Source: a virus (Duplodnaviria; Caudoviricetes). Taken from it: a stretch of DNA of 52,951 bases. Of the stretch, positions 35,024 to 45,063 are shown in pieces. Position numbers and translations under genes: made by a program. Every line of letters begins with the position of its first letter. The first letter of the stretch is position 1. The stretch is from IMG/VR virus record IMGVR_UViG_3300038660_000404, positions 1 to 52,951 of that record; one strand, given 5' to 3'. Below the pieces are notes generated by a model. That model was given only the letters and a program-made list of their open reading frames with translations. It ran no database searches and was not told the DNA's origin.

Positions 35024-35830
35024 ATGCTGAGGTTTGAAGATCTGCGGGTGCGGGACAATCAGGACCTCGACCGGGATTTCTTCAATCGCCGTTATCGCTT
35101 GATTGCTGAAAGCCTCGGCGATCTCGACGCGCAGCTGGCACGCATTCGTGGTGCCACCGACAATCTGGTGGCCCTTGGGCTTGCCCGGGTCAACGAGGTT
35201 CTTGGACCGGCTCTCGCGGCGGCTCAAGCTGCAGCGGAAAACGGCTTTCTGGTAGCGACCTCCTCAACGCCGCTCACTGTCTCAGTGGGCCTACAGACCA
35301 CCTTCGAGATCGACGACACACCTGCGCGGGCGCTCTTTGCGCCTACGCCATATGTCGTGCTGACGCGTGACGTCGACGACAGCCTGAACGACTGGGCGGT
35401 GTTCCGGGTCGATAGCTACGCCCGCGCCAATGGTGGGCTGGCGGGCGAAGTGGTGGCCGTCAACGGCGATATCGGTGCGGCGGTGCACGGTGATTGGGTG
35501 ATTTCTGCCAGCGCGGGCCTTGCAGCTTCCGTGATTGAAACGGCCGCTGCGGTCTCGAGCGCCCTGGCGCTTGCCCAGCAGGCGGCACAGGATGCGGCTG
35601 CCGCGGCAGATATTGCAGAAAGCGTTCTGGCCAATGGCCCGGTGTCGTCCGTGAATGGCCAAGCCGGGGAAGTGGCGCTTGGGATCGGCGATATTCCAAA
35701 CCTTACGGCGCAGCTGGCCAGCAAAGCGGCCAGTAGCCATGGCCATACGATTGCGCAGGTCTCCAACCTGCAATCAACGCTGACGGCGCTGCAAGGCCGG
35801 ATCGATCTGGTCGATGGGGGGACGTATTGA
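35024..35830 (+). CDS. Short tail-fibre/adaptor protein
   Basis: VSSVNGQAG.V, H.HTIAQV.NLQ fibre repeats; ends VDGGTY. Confidence 0.7.
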   Translation: MLRFEDLRVRDNQDLDRDFFNRRYRLIAESLGDLDAQLARIRGATDNLVALGLARVNEVLGPALAAAQAAAENGFLVATSSTPLTVSVGLQTTFEIDDTPARALFAPTPYVVLTRDVDDSLNDWAVFRVDSYARANGGLAGEVVAVNGDIGAAVHGDWVISASAGLAASVIETAAAVSSALALAQQAAQDAAAAADIAESVLANGPVSSVNGQAGEVALGIGDIPNLTAQLASKAASSHGHTIAQVSNLQSTLTALQGRIDLVDGGTY

Positions 35831-35844
35831 TGGAGGCAGGCACC

Positions 35845-36069
35845 ATGCGATCCGCCCTGACACAGATGAGCACCAAGCTGGGCATCACCGACGTGCGCGA
35901 TGTGCAGGTGGGTGAGGTTGTCGATGACGGTGCGGGCGGGTTTGTCCGCGCGATCCGGGTCTTTGGGGAGCCCGCAGGGTCCGCGGGCCCGGCGCTGATC
36001 CTCGAGGTCCAGATCCAGTCCGACACGAAAACTGACCTCGATATCACGACGCCGACGCTGTCGTTCTGA
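35845..36069 (+). CDS. Hypothetical protein
   Basis: GGAGG upstream; 74 aa. Confidence 0.6.
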   Translation: MRSALTQMSTKLGITDVRDVQVGEVVDDGAGGFVRAIRVFGEPAGSAGPALILEVQIQSDTKTDLDITTPTLSF

Positions 36070-36184
36070 GTTTGTGCCAGAGCGCGAAACGCGCCTGCAA
36101 CGCCCGCTTTCAATGACCCAATTGCCAATGCCCTGCGCACCTGACGGTCGCGTGGGGTTTATGGCTATTCAAGGAGACCTTCTC

Positions 36185-37432
36185 ATGTCTGACCCGACCT
36201 TCGGGATTTCCATCACGCGGATCGATACTGAGCCGCGCCCGCCCGTCTGGAGTGATATGTCCGTCGTGGGCCTGATCGGCACGGCGCCCGATGCCGATGC
36301 TGCGATGTTCCCGGCGGACACGCCGGTTTTTCTCTATTCTGACGACGCGACCAAGCTGACAGCGCTTGGTGCAACTGGCACGTTGCGCGATGCGGTCACG
36401 CTGATCAACGCGCAGCTCGGCGAGTTCCAGGTGGCCGCCAAGGTCGTGGTCGTCCGCGTTGTGGAGGGCGCCGATACGGACGCGACCATCGCCAATATCG
36501 TCGGCGACGGCGTCTCGACCGGCCTGCAGGCGTTCATCACCGCAGGTCCCGAACTGGGCATCATTCCGCGCCTCATCTGTGCTCCGGGCTATACCAGCCA
36601 GCGCGGTCTCGGCGAGGCCAACCCGGTCTGCGCAGCCCTGCCTGCGATCTGCGAAAAACTTCTGGCGCATGCGGTCGTGGATGGCCCGGCGACCACCGAG
36701 CAGGATGCCATTGATTGGCGCGAGACGATTGCCTCGCAGCGCCTGATCCCGGTCGACCCTGCAGTGAAGGTGTTTGCCGGTGGGGTTTCGGTCGTTCAGC
36801 CGCTGTCGCCCGCAGTGATCGGCATCGGCGTGCGCCGTGACCACGAAAAACAGGGCCGCCCGTTCCACAGCTGGGCCAACCAGCCAGTGCAGGGCATTGT
36901 TGGGCCGTCGCGCCCGATCAACTTCTCGCTTACCGATGGCGCGATTGAAGGCCAGCGCTTGCTGTCGGCTAATGTCGGCGTGCTCCTGCGCGGTGAAATG
37001 GGCGTGGAGAGCGCCATCGGCCAGGGCGGGTTCATCTTCGTGGGCACCGACAACGCGGGCGAGGATGATCTCTGGCGGTTTTATAACGTTACCCGGGGGC
37101 GCGATTTCATCCACCTGATGCTGCTTCGGACCCTGCGGTTCTATCTCGGGCGGTTCAACATCACGGGCCAGACCATTCAGGCGATCCTGAACACGATGGA
37201 AACCGGCCTGCGAAACCTCAAGGCCGATGGCGACATCCTCGGCTTCGAGATGAAGTTCACGCGCGATCAAAACACGCCCGAGGAACTGCGCCAGGGCCGC
37301 TTCACGGTCAGCTTTGCCGCCGAGGAAGCACCGGTGCTGCGCTATCTCGGTATTCAGTCCGCGCGCTACCGCCCGGCGCTTGATGCGCTGCTCGATGATC
37401 TGCTCGCGCAGGTCGGCACCATCACCGGCTGA
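36185..37432 (+). CDS. Contractile tail sheath
   Basis: VGLIGTAP, TGLQA, PRLICAPG, SWAN; precedes the tube gene. Confidence 0.92.
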   Translation: MSDPTFGISITRIDTEPRPPVWSDMSVVGLIGTAPDADAAMFPADTPVFLYSDDATKLTALGATGTLRDAVTLINAQLGEFQVAAKVVVVRVVEGADTDATIANIVGDGVSTGLQAFITAGPELGIIPRLICAPGYTSQRGLGEANPVCAALPAICEKLLAHAVVDGPATTEQDAIDWRETIASQRLIPVDPAVKVFAGGVSVVQPLSPAVIGIGVRRDHEKQGRPFHSWANQPVQGIVGPSRPINFSLTDGAIEGQRLLSANVGVLLRGEMGVESAIGQGGFIFVGTDNAGEDDLWRFYNVTRGRDFIHLMLLRTLRFYLGRFNITGQTIQAILNTMETGLRNLKADGDILGFEMKFTRDQNTPEELRQGRFTVSFAAEEAPVLRYLGIQSARYRPALDALLDDLLAQVGTITG

Positions 37433-37470
37433 CCGGCCAAAAACTTGTCCGACATTCAGGAGACGCTCCC

Positions 37471-38007
37471 ATGAGCAATATTTACGTGATGGAGGCCGCA
37501 AACCTGTTTTGCGGCGATGAGAACCCCACGGCCTCCAAGCACCTGACGCTGACCGAGTTGCAGCTGCCCAACCTGCAGGAAATCACCCAGGACCATCATC
37601 CGGGTGGCTCGCGCGTGCAGATCGAGGTGGCACTTGGCATTCAGAAGCTCGAGGCCAGCTTCAAGCTGGCGGGCTGGGATCCGGACCTGCTGACGCAATT
37701 TGGTCTGGGTGCCACGGCGCGCAAGAAGTTCACCGCTTACGGTTCGGTGCGCGATAAGCGCAACGGCGTGGCCATCGAAGCCAAGGCGGTGCTGGAGGGG
37801 CGTTTGGGCACGGCCAACCCGGAGGCGTTTCAGCGTGGCGAAATGCAGGGCTTTGACTACGCCATCAACGAAATCCTGCATTACGAGCTCTATTTTGAGG
37901 GGGCCGAGAAATATTACTGGGATTTCTTCACCACCGATTGGCGCGTCAACGGCACATCGCAAAACGCAGACGAGCGCGCGATCTTGCGCCTTCCCAATGG
38001 CTTTTGA
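37471..38007 (+). CDS. Tail tube (P2 FII-like)
   Basis: LP.L......H.PGG; size and position. Confidence 0.88.
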   Translation: MSNIYVMEAANLFCGDENPTASKHLTLTELQLPNLQEITQDHHPGGSRVQIEVALGIQKLEASFKLAGWDPDLLTQFGLGATARKKFTAYGSVRDKRNGVAIEAKAVLEGRLGTANPEAFQRGEMQGFDYAINEILHYELYFEGAEKYYWDFFTTDWRVNGTSQNADERAILRLPNGF

Positions 38008-38015
38008 GGTGATCC

Positions 38016-38431
38016 ATGTCTGACCCCAAGACGAAAACAGTCGCTCTTTCGGTGCCGGTGACCTTCGAGGGCCGCGAAATCACCGAGATCCGCATTGCCA
38101 AGCCCAAGGTCAAGGACCTCAAGCGGATGAATGCCGCACTGGACGGCATCACCGATCGTCTGGACCAGGGCATTGTCATGGCCTCGGCTCTGACGGGCTA
38201 TCCGGTCGAGATGATCGAGGATCTGGACACTGACGACTTCACCACGCTGTCGGAGGTGATTGCGGATTTTTTCCCCAAGGGCACGGCTTCGCCTCCTGGC
38301 GATCGGTCGTTGCCGAAACCGCCCACTGGCTAAACACGCCGCTCACGGCCTTTGAGGAAATGGACTGGGTAGAGGTGGTGCTGTGGCACGCCGAGGCCCG
38401 GCGTCTCGCGCGGGCGGCGAAGATGAGGTGA
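38016..38431 (+). CDS. Tail assembly chaperone E (38016-38333) and -1 frameshifted E+E' (to 38431)
   Basis: Slippery T TTT TTC at 38267-38273; -1 frame reads ...VAETAHWLNTPLTAFEEMDWVEVVLWHAEARRL. Confidence 0.85.
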
Positions 38432-38434
38432 TCC

Positions 38435-41400
38435 ATGACACAGCTCACGTCCCAACTGGTCATCGAACTGCTGGACCGGGTGACCAGCCCGGCGCGCCGG
38501 GCGGCCAATGCGCTTGCGGGCATCTCGAACACCGTCCGCGAGACCAATGGCCAGCCCATCACCTTCGGGGACCGCCTGAACGCGGCCATCACCCGCAACA
38601 ACCGTGCGCTTGCTGACGCGCGTGGTGGGCTGGTGGATGCGGTGGCCAGCTTTTACGCCCTGCGCGGCGCGATCGGCGCGCCAATCCAGGCCGCGTCGGA
38701 ATTTGAAAGCGCCATGGCCGATGTGGCCAAGGTGGTGGACTTTCCAAGCCCTGCAGCCTTTGCGCAGTTCCAGCAGGATCTCTTTGCGCTGTCGCGCGAC
38801 ATTCCCATCGCGGTGACGGGGCTTGCGGAGATTGCCGCGGCGGCGGGTCAGGCCGGAATTGCCGGGCAGGACCTGATCCGCTTTACCGATGCCGCTGCCC
38901 GGATTGGGGTGGCGTTTGATATCAGCGCCGAGCAGGCGGGTGGCTCGATGGCCAACCTGATGACGGCCCTCGGGCTGACCATTGATGAGACGGTGTCGCT
39001 GGCTGATGCGATGAACCATCTGTCGAACAACCAGGCGTCAACCGCTGCTGATATTCTCGACGTGGTCCAGCGCGTCGGCGCGCAGGCGACCATGTTTGGC
39101 TTCACGGCTGAGCAAACGTCGGCCTTCGCCTCCGCGATGCTGGCAGCAGGCTCGACCAGCGAGGTTGCTGCGACATCCTTCCGAAACATGGGGGCGGCGC
39201 TCACAAAGGGCGAGGCAGCCACCGCCGGACAACGCCGGGCCCTACAGGCGCTTGGACTGGACGCAGAAGAAACTGCCCGGTCCATGCAGGAAAACGCGGT
39301 TGAGACCACGATCGACGTGCTGCGCCGCATTGGCCAGTTGCCTGCCGAGCAGCGCGCGGCGATCTCGTCGCAGCTCTTTGGCAATGAGGCCCGTGCGCTC
39401 GGACCGCTGCTGACCAACCTTGGCCTTGTCGAGGACACGCTCGGCATGGTGGGGGATCGCGCCAATTACGCAGGCTCGGCTTTTGCAGAGTTTGCTGCCC
39501 GCAACAACACGTTCCAAGCCAATATGCAACGGTTCCAGAACGTTCTGACCGAGTTGCAGATCAATATCGGCAATGCGCTCATGCCCGCAATCACGCAGCT
39601 TGCCGAAGCCGTCACGCCGCTGATCACCCGTCTGGCCGACCTGGCAAATGCCTATCCCGACGTGACGCTGGCCGTGGTCGGGGCCACCGCAGCGGTGATC
39701 GCCTTCAAAGGTGCGATGGCGGCGCTGCGCTTTGCCGGGCTTCTGGGGCGTGGGGGTGTCTTGTCGCTGATTGCAGCCGGTTATAATTCCATCGGTCGGG
39801 CGGCCATCGGGGCGCGCACGGCGGCAAGTTCCATGATCGGATTGCAATCTGCGCTGGCGGCGATGTCTGGCCAGCCGCTTGGCACCATCGGACGCCTGGT
39901 GGCGGGTTTGAAAGGCATTGCGCTGGCGGTTCCCGGTGTCGCCGCCCTGTCATCGGGTATTGCGGCGATAGGCGCGGCCGTGGCCACGATCTCTGCTCCG
40001 GTCTGGGGCACGTTTGCGGTGGTTGCGGCCGCTGTGGCTGCGGCTGGCATTGCCATCTGGCGGTATTGGGACCGGATCAGCGCGATCTTCACTGGCGTGG
40101 GCCAGGCCATCGGGGAGGCGTTGCAACCGGGGCTGGACTGGGTCGGCGAAAAGCTGTCCTTTCTGACGCCACTGGTCGATGGGTTCGGTGCAGCCTGGGG
40201 TTGGGTGCGCGAAAAGCTGTCGGGTCTTGGCGACATGCTCTCGGGGCTGTTCACCCGTGAGACCTTGTCCGAGGAAGACGTCGCTCGGATCACTGAACGG
40301 GCGCGGGAAGTCACTGAGAATATCATCGGCTGGTTTGCTGGCCTGCCGGCCCAGATCGGTGAAGCCGCTGGCGCATTGGTCGAGGCTGGTCGCAGTCTGA
40401 TCCAGTCGATCTGGGACGGGGCCCGTGAGCGGTTTGGGGAATTCATCGACTGGGTTGCTGGCATTCCGGGCCGTATCATCGACGCGATTGGCAGCATTGA
40501 TCTGTCCAGCCTGATCAGCTTTGGCGAGCCGCCGCGTTGGCTGCGCTGGATGATGGGGGAAGAGGAGATCACACTACCGGAGATCCCGGTGCCGCGGGGC
40601 CTGGCGGAGCTTGATCATTTGCCGACCGATCAAAGAGCGGCCGCTGAGACGCTGTGGGCGGCGCGGATTGCCGGTAATCTGCCGACACCGGCGTATCTGC
40701 AGGACCTGTCAGACTACGCCGTACACTTGCGCGGTGAAATGGCCGGGGTTCAGGCGCAGATCGACCAGATTGATCAAAACGGGCCGATGGGCGACAGCCT
40801 GGCCGCTCCCTTGATGGCCAACCTTGGACGGTTGCAGGAAGAACTGGTTGGGGTCGAAGCAGATCTCGATGCGGGTCGTGTCCGCGCGGATGAGGTGACA
40901 GAGGCACTACGCATACTCGGGGAAACGGAGACCACGCCCAAGATCGACACTGCCTCCATCGACCGAGCACTCGCCCGCGTACGCGCGCTCCGCGCTGAAA
41001 TGGCTGCCGCGGAAGGCAGTGCGGTGGGACCCGTGCCATCAGTGCCGGAGATTGACGGTGCCCGTGCAGGTGGTGGCGCAGTCAGCCGGAACAGCACCTA
41101 TCTGGTGGGTGAGGAGGGGCCAGAGCTGGTCACGCCGTCGCGGTCAGGCTTCGTGAACACCTTTGGCGCAATACAAGATGTGGTTGCAGCAATCCAGCGA
41201 CTGCCGTCAGCGGTTGCGGCTGTCCAGTCAATCGGGCCGCAGCTGGTCACACCACCGTCCGTCGTATCTGCGCCAGAGGAAAGCGAGATGCCACCGCCTC
41301 GGAGCAGCGTAGCGGATGCGGTCGATACACCGGCGGCGGCGCAAAGGGCACCGCGCGCCGCCTTCCCGAAAATCGACGTGCAGATCAGTATCGCGCCGAC

Positions 41401-41524
41401 CATCCACACCACAGAGCGCGTCGATCCTGCGCAGCTCTCCCGCGACATCGGCGAGCAGATGCGCAGCGAACTGCGCGAGGCTTTCCGGGGCGTGTTTGCC
41501 GATACAGGGATGAGGTTTGCGTGA
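38435..41524 (+). CDS. Tape measure protein
   Basis: 1029 aa Ala/Gly-rich; FESAMADVAKV; W/F repeats; YLVGEEGPEL. Confidence 0.95.
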   Translation: MTQLTSQLVIELLDRVTSPARRAANALAGISNTVRETNGQPITFGDRLNAAITRNNRALADARGGLVDAVASFYALRGAIGAPIQAASEFESAMADVAKVVDFPSPAAFAQFQQDLFALSRDIPIAVTGLAEIAAAAGQAGIAGQDLIRFTDAAARIGVAFDISAEQAGGSMANLMTALGLTIDETVSLADAMNHLSNNQASTAADILDVVQRVGAQATMFGFTAEQTSAFASAMLAAGSTSEVAATSFRNMGAALTKGEAATAGQRRALQALGLDAEETARSMQENAVETTIDVLRRIGQLPAEQRAAISSQLFGNEARALGPLLTNLGLVEDTLGMVGDRANYAGSAFAEFAARNNTFQANMQRFQNVLTELQINIGNALMPAITQLAEAVTPLITRLADLANAYPDVTLAVVGATAAVIAFKGAMAALRFAGLLGRGGVLSLIAAGYNSIGRAAIGARTAASSMIGLQSALAAMSGQPLGTIGRLVAGLKGIALAVPGVAALSSGIAAIGAAVATISAPVWGTFAVVAAAVAAAGIAIWRYWDRISAIFTGVGQAIGEALQPGLDWVGEKLSFLTPLVDGFGAAWGWVREKLSGLGDMLSGLFTRETLSEEDVARITERAREVTENIIGWFAGLPAQIGEAAGALVEAGRSLIQSIWDGARERFGEFIDWVAGIPGRIIDAIGSIDLSSLISFGEPPRWLRWMMGEEEITLPEIPVPRGLAELDHLPTDQRAAAETLWAARIAGNLPTPAYLQDLSDYAVHLRGEMAGVQAQIDQIDQNGPMGDSLAAPLMANLGRLQEELVGVEADLDAGRVRADEVTEALRILGETETTPKIDTASIDRALARVRALRAEMAAAEGSAVGPVPSVPEIDGARAGGGAVSRNSTYLVGEEGPELVTPSRSGFVNTFGAIQDVVAAIQRLPSAVAAVQSIGPQLVTPPSVVSAPEESEMPPPRSSVADAVDTPAAAQRAPRAAFPKIDVQISIAPTIHTTERVDPAQLSRDIGEQMRSELREAFRGVFADTGMRFA

Positions 41525-41958
41525 TGCTGATGATGCTGGGTCCAGTTCAGTTCGAGGTGATCCCCTTTAATACGAACACCTACGGCCATGGCCACGAAGC
41601 CGGTTTTGCCGAGAAGCCGGTCCTTGGGACGCGGCCACCACTGGAGTTCGTGGGCGAAGGCCCGGAAAGCTGGACCATCAAGGCCAAGCTATATCCGGAA
41701 AAGTTCGGTGGGCTGGGCCAGTTGCAGACGCTCTATCAGGCCCGGGCGTCGGGACGGCCGCAATACCTGATGCGCGGCGACGGCGCGGTGATGGGCTGGG
41801 TGGTCATTCTCGATGTGCAGGAGCGCTCGACCTATCTTGACCCCAAAGGCGTCGGTAAGATCATTGATGTGGATATCAGCGTCAAACGCTGCGGCAGCCC
41901 ATCCTCAGCCAGTTTCTTTTCGCTGCTGGCGGATATTTTCCTTTGGGCCACGCGGTGA
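41521..41958 (+). CDS. Tail protein U (P2 gpU-like)
   Basis: MMLG...F, P.LEFVGEG, G...GW.VI. Confidence 0.88.
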   Translation: MMLMMLGPVQFEVIPFNTNTYGHGHEAGFAEKPVLGTRPPLEFVGEGPESWTIKAKLYPEKFGGLGQLQTLYQARASGRPQYLMRGDGAVMGWVVILDVQERSTYLDPKGVGKIIDVDISVKRCGSPSSASFFSLLADIFLWATR

Positions 41959-41975
41959 GCGCCATGAGGACCTCC

Positions 41976-42206
41976 ATGACCAACCCAGTCACCGAAACCG
42001 TGACCATTGAAGGCGACGGGCTGACCGTCTCCCTGATCGTCTGGCGGCGTTTCCACCGGCCGATGCCCGGTCTGGTGGAGCAGATTTACGACCTGAACCC
42101 CGGTCTGGCCGATCTTGGCCAGACCCTGCCGGTCGGGACCCGCTTTGAGATGCCGATCCAGATCCCGCGTGCGCAGCAGGTGCTGGACCCGATCCGGCTT
42201 TGGTAA
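41976..42206 (+). CDS. Tail protein X
   Basis: NPGLA.LG..LP.G...P; ends LW. Confidence 0.88.
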   Translation: MTNPVTETVTIEGDGLTVSLIVWRRFHRPMPGLVEQIYDLNPGLADLGQTLPVGTRFEMPIQIPRAQQVLDPIRLW

Positions 42207-42218
42207 GGAGGCTCGCCT

Positions 42219-43229
42219 ATGTCCAAACGCGCGCTGTTCAACGTGACGGTGGCGGGCAGCAATATCACCACGGCGCTCATGCCGGTGCTGATTGGTCTGC
42301 GGGTGTCGGACAAAGTGGGCACACATACCGACAGTGCCGATCTGGAAATCGACGACACGGAAGCCCGGATCATTCTGCCGCAAAAGGGGGCTGATGTGGT
42401 GATTGCACTGGGTTGGGAAAGTGCGGGCCTGCGGGTGGTGTTTCGCGGCACCGTGGATGAGGTCAAATCCTCTGGCAACCGGGGTGGGGGGCGTCGGTTG
42501 ATGATCGTCGCAAAGGGCATGGACACCACAGGGCCTGCAAAGGAAGGCCAGCAGCGCCATTGGGACAACCAGACCATCGAGACGATCCTGGGCGATGCGG
42601 CCCGCCATGCCGGTATCACAACGGTTGAGGTCGACCCTGACCTGCGTGGGTTGCGGCGGACTTATTTCGAGATGCGCGACGAAAGCTTCATCGCCATGGG
42701 TGAACGGCTGGCCCGCGAGGTGGGTGGCAACTTTCGGATCGTCGGCAACACCGCAATCCTGTCCAAGCGCAACGGGACCTATCAGGCGTTTGTTCTGGCC
42801 CGGTGGGGCGATAATCTGCAAAGCTGGGATATCGCCCCGCAGCTGGGGCGGCCGCAGTTCAGCACAGTTCGCGCAAGGTGGTACGACATGGTCGCCGCAC
42901 GGTGGGACTTGGCAGAGCGCGCCACCGATCTCGATGTGCGCGCGCTGCATGCGTTTCGCTTTGCCAAACCGGATGCGGTGGAGACCACCCAGCAGACCGA
43001 CAGCGATGCCGCCACCGCCGAACGGGACGCAGGCGAGGGCACGGTCACGATCGAGGGTGATCCCGCTGCGATCCCGGACGGGCTGTGCATCATCGCAGGC
43101 ACGCGCCCCGGCGTCGATGGCGCCTACCGCATCGAGGCAGTCACCCACACGCTGACGCGCGCGGGCGGGTTCGTGACGACGCTGGAGCTCAAACAGCCGC
43201 AGGACGGCGTGGGTTCTGACGACCGCTAG
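42219..43229 (+). CDS. Baseplate hub / late control protein D
   Basis: D..G...D...L.IDD, LGW, G.VDE, ES......RLA, V.H.L...GF.T. Confidence 0.9.
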   Translation: MSKRALFNVTVAGSNITTALMPVLIGLRVSDKVGTHTDSADLEIDDTEARIILPQKGADVVIALGWESAGLRVVFRGTVDEVKSSGNRGGGRRLMIVAKGMDTTGPAKEGQQRHWDNQTIETILGDAARHAGITTVEVDPDLRGLRRTYFEMRDESFIAMGERLAREVGGNFRIVGNTAILSKRNGTYQAFVLARWGDNLQSWDIAPQLGRPQFSTVRARWYDMVAARWDLAERATDLDVRALHAFRFAKPDAVETTQQTDSDAATAERDAGEGTVTIEGDPAAIPDGLCIIAGTRPGVDGAYRIEAVTHTLTRAGGFVTTLELKQPQDGVGSDDR

Positions 43230-43278
43230 CGCCGCGCGGACCTGGCAGAACCAACATATGGCAAGAAGGCGGAAGCCC

Positions 43279-43623
43279 ATGACGGATAGTGATCTGCGAT
43301 CTGAAATCGCAGCGATACGCAGCACGTTGCGCCATATTGAGGCCGAGCTGACCGACGCTAAAGAGCATCGCAAGGAGACCTCGGCCTTGGTGCAGGACTT
43401 CATCACGCGGCTGGTACGTCTGGAAACCGGCGGCGCGGCCCTGAGCGGTTTGCCAAAGCAGGTCCGTCAGAACGAGGTCTCCAATATTGCGCAAGAGGCG
43501 CGGCACCAGGCCCATCAAGAAGCAACCGAGGCAATGCGCAAAACCGTGCTGGCTGGCTTCGCAATCGCCGGAACCATCTCGTCGATCATCGGCCTGCTCG
43601 CCTCCTGGTTCATCCTGACTTGA
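43279..43623 (+). CDS. Coiled-coil protein with C-terminal TM helix (holin position)
   Basis: One hydrophobic C-terminal segment; directly before the endolysin. Confidence 0.55.
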   Translation: MTDSDLRSEIAAIRSTLRHIEAELTDAKEHRKETSALVQDFITRLVRLETGGAALSGLPKQVRQNEVSNIAQEARHQAHQEATEAMRKTVLAGFAIAGTISSIIGLLASWFILT

Positions 43624-43719
43624 CGCAGCGCTGATCGCGCCACGCCCACCGCCTCCCCTGAAACCCTGAACTTTGCATACCGCGCGCGCCTGCAGGCGGC
43701 TTTGCGCATGGAGATCGCT

Positions 43720-44652
43720 ATGACCCCTTTTGATATCGCCAAGACCTATATCGGGACCGTTGAAGGCCCGGGGCCCGAGAACAACCCCGCCATCATGGAA
43801 ATGTACGCCTCGGTCGGCCATGACTGGGTGGAGCATGACTCTGTGGCCTGGTGCGCCGCTTTCGTCGGCCACTGCCTTGAAACGGCGGGGCTGCGGTCAA
43901 CGCGGAAACTAACGGCGCGCTCCTATCTGGACTGGGGCATACCGGTGACGGTGGACGATGCCCAGCCGGGCGACATTGGCGTGATCCCACGCGGCAGTTC
44001 CAGCTGGCAGGGGCATGTCTTCTTCATCGACCGCATCGAGGGCGCCTGGGTCTGGGGGCTCGGTGGCAACCAGTCCGATGCGGTGAACATCAAGCGCTAT
44101 CCGGTCTCCAAGCTGCTTGGGGTGCGTCGGGCGGGGAACGTGGCCCCGGCCGTCACCCTGTCCGTTCGCGATGTGCAAACGCGGCTGCGCGGGCTGGGCT
44201 ATCACGAAGTCGGCAAAGCCGATGGCTTCATGGGGCCGCGCACGCGTAGCGCAATCCTTGCCTTCAGGGATGATAACAGTCTGCCGCTGGTGCCGATCAT
44301 CGATGTGGCGCTGACCGAGGCGCTGCCCAATGCCCGGCCTCGGGCTGTTGCGCCGGCGCGCGCAGCCGGGGCTCCGACTGAAAGCCGGATCGTGACCGCT
44401 GCCAACGCCCAGATCGGGCTTGGGGTCGTGGGGGCTGTCGGCACTGCCGGATCGCAGATCGCCCCCGCTGTCGCCGAGGCCGAAAACGCCCGGGCGCTGG
44501 CGGATCGGGTGTTTGGCATCCTTGGGCTGGAGGGCTGGCTTTCGGCAACCCTGCCGTGGGTTGGTGCTGCCGTGTTCGTCGGGGTCATCATCTACGCCGT
44601 GAAGGCGCGCAGCGCCCGGATTGACGATCACCGCATCGGGAAAACGCCGTGA
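43720..44652 (+). CDS. Endolysin, TIGR02594-type Cys/His domain + peptidoglycan-binding domain + hydrophobic tail
   Basis: WCAAFV, GHV.F, LGGNQSD.V; VQ.RL..LGY....DG..GPRT..AI.AF. Confidence 0.88.
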   Translation: MTPFDIAKTYIGTVEGPGPENNPAIMEMYASVGHDWVEHDSVAWCAAFVGHCLETAGLRSTRKLTARSYLDWGIPVTVDDAQPGDIGVIPRGSSSWQGHVFFIDRIEGAWVWGLGGNQSDAVNIKRYPVSKLLGVRRAGNVAPAVTLSVRDVQTRLRGLGYHEVGKADGFMGPRTRSAILAFRDDNSLPLVPIIDVALTEALPNARPRAVAPARAAGAPTESRIVTAANAQIGLGVVGAVGTAGSQIAPAVAEAENARALADRVFGILGLEGWLSATLPWVGAAVFVGVIIYAVKARSARIDDHRIGKTP

Positions 44653-44900
44653 TGGGCGGGTTCATCACAATGGCGCTCTCGGGGCTTGGTCGACGCACCG
44701 CTTTCTGGGGCGCGCTGGCCGCCGCACTCGGTTTTGCGATCTTGGCCCTGATCCGACACGGTCGCCATCAAGCCGAGGCCGATCTGGCGATCCGCCGGGC
44801 CGACGCGCGGGTGCGTGCGATGCAGACATCAAAGGAGACCCGCCATGAAGTTCGCAACGCTGACCTTGGCGATCGGGCTGACCGCTGGATGCGCGATTGA
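44649..44900 (+). CDS. Inner-membrane spanin (Rz-like)
   Basis: N-terminal TM helix plus charged helix; overlaps a lipoprotein gene. Confidence 0.7.
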   Translation: MMGGFITMALSGLGRRTAFWGALAAALGFAILALIRHGRHQAEADLAIRRADARVRAMQTSKETRHEVRNADLGDRADRWMRD

Positions 44901-45039
44901 GCCTCGCTGGGTGCATGACGACTGCGATTGGGCAGAGCCAATCCGCCCGTCGCGTGGGGACGTCCTGACCGACGAAACCTTGGCGCAGATTGTTGCGCAT
45001 AACGAAATCGGGGAGCGCCTCTGCGGATGGCGTCCTTGA
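44845..45039 (+). CDS. Outer-membrane spanin lipoprotein (Rz1-like)
   Basis: AAGGAG RBS; MKFATLTLAIGLTAG-C lipobox; extra Cys residues. Confidence 0.8.
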   Translation: MKFATLTLAIGLTAGCAIEPRWVHDDCDWAEPIRPSRGDVLTDETLAQIVAHNEIGERLCGWRP

Positions 45040-45063
45040 TGACACGCGGCGGGAGGGGGAGCA

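Noticed and set aside
41832-43406. Long antisense ORFs (also 36110-37501, 48629-50443, 23262-24479)
   Set aside because: Shadows of GC-rich sense genes, with no motifs or RBS
19464-44652. Gene transfer agent or tailocin
   Set aside because: Integrase, immunity, replication, cos-type terminase and capsid genes are all present, indicating a complete prophage
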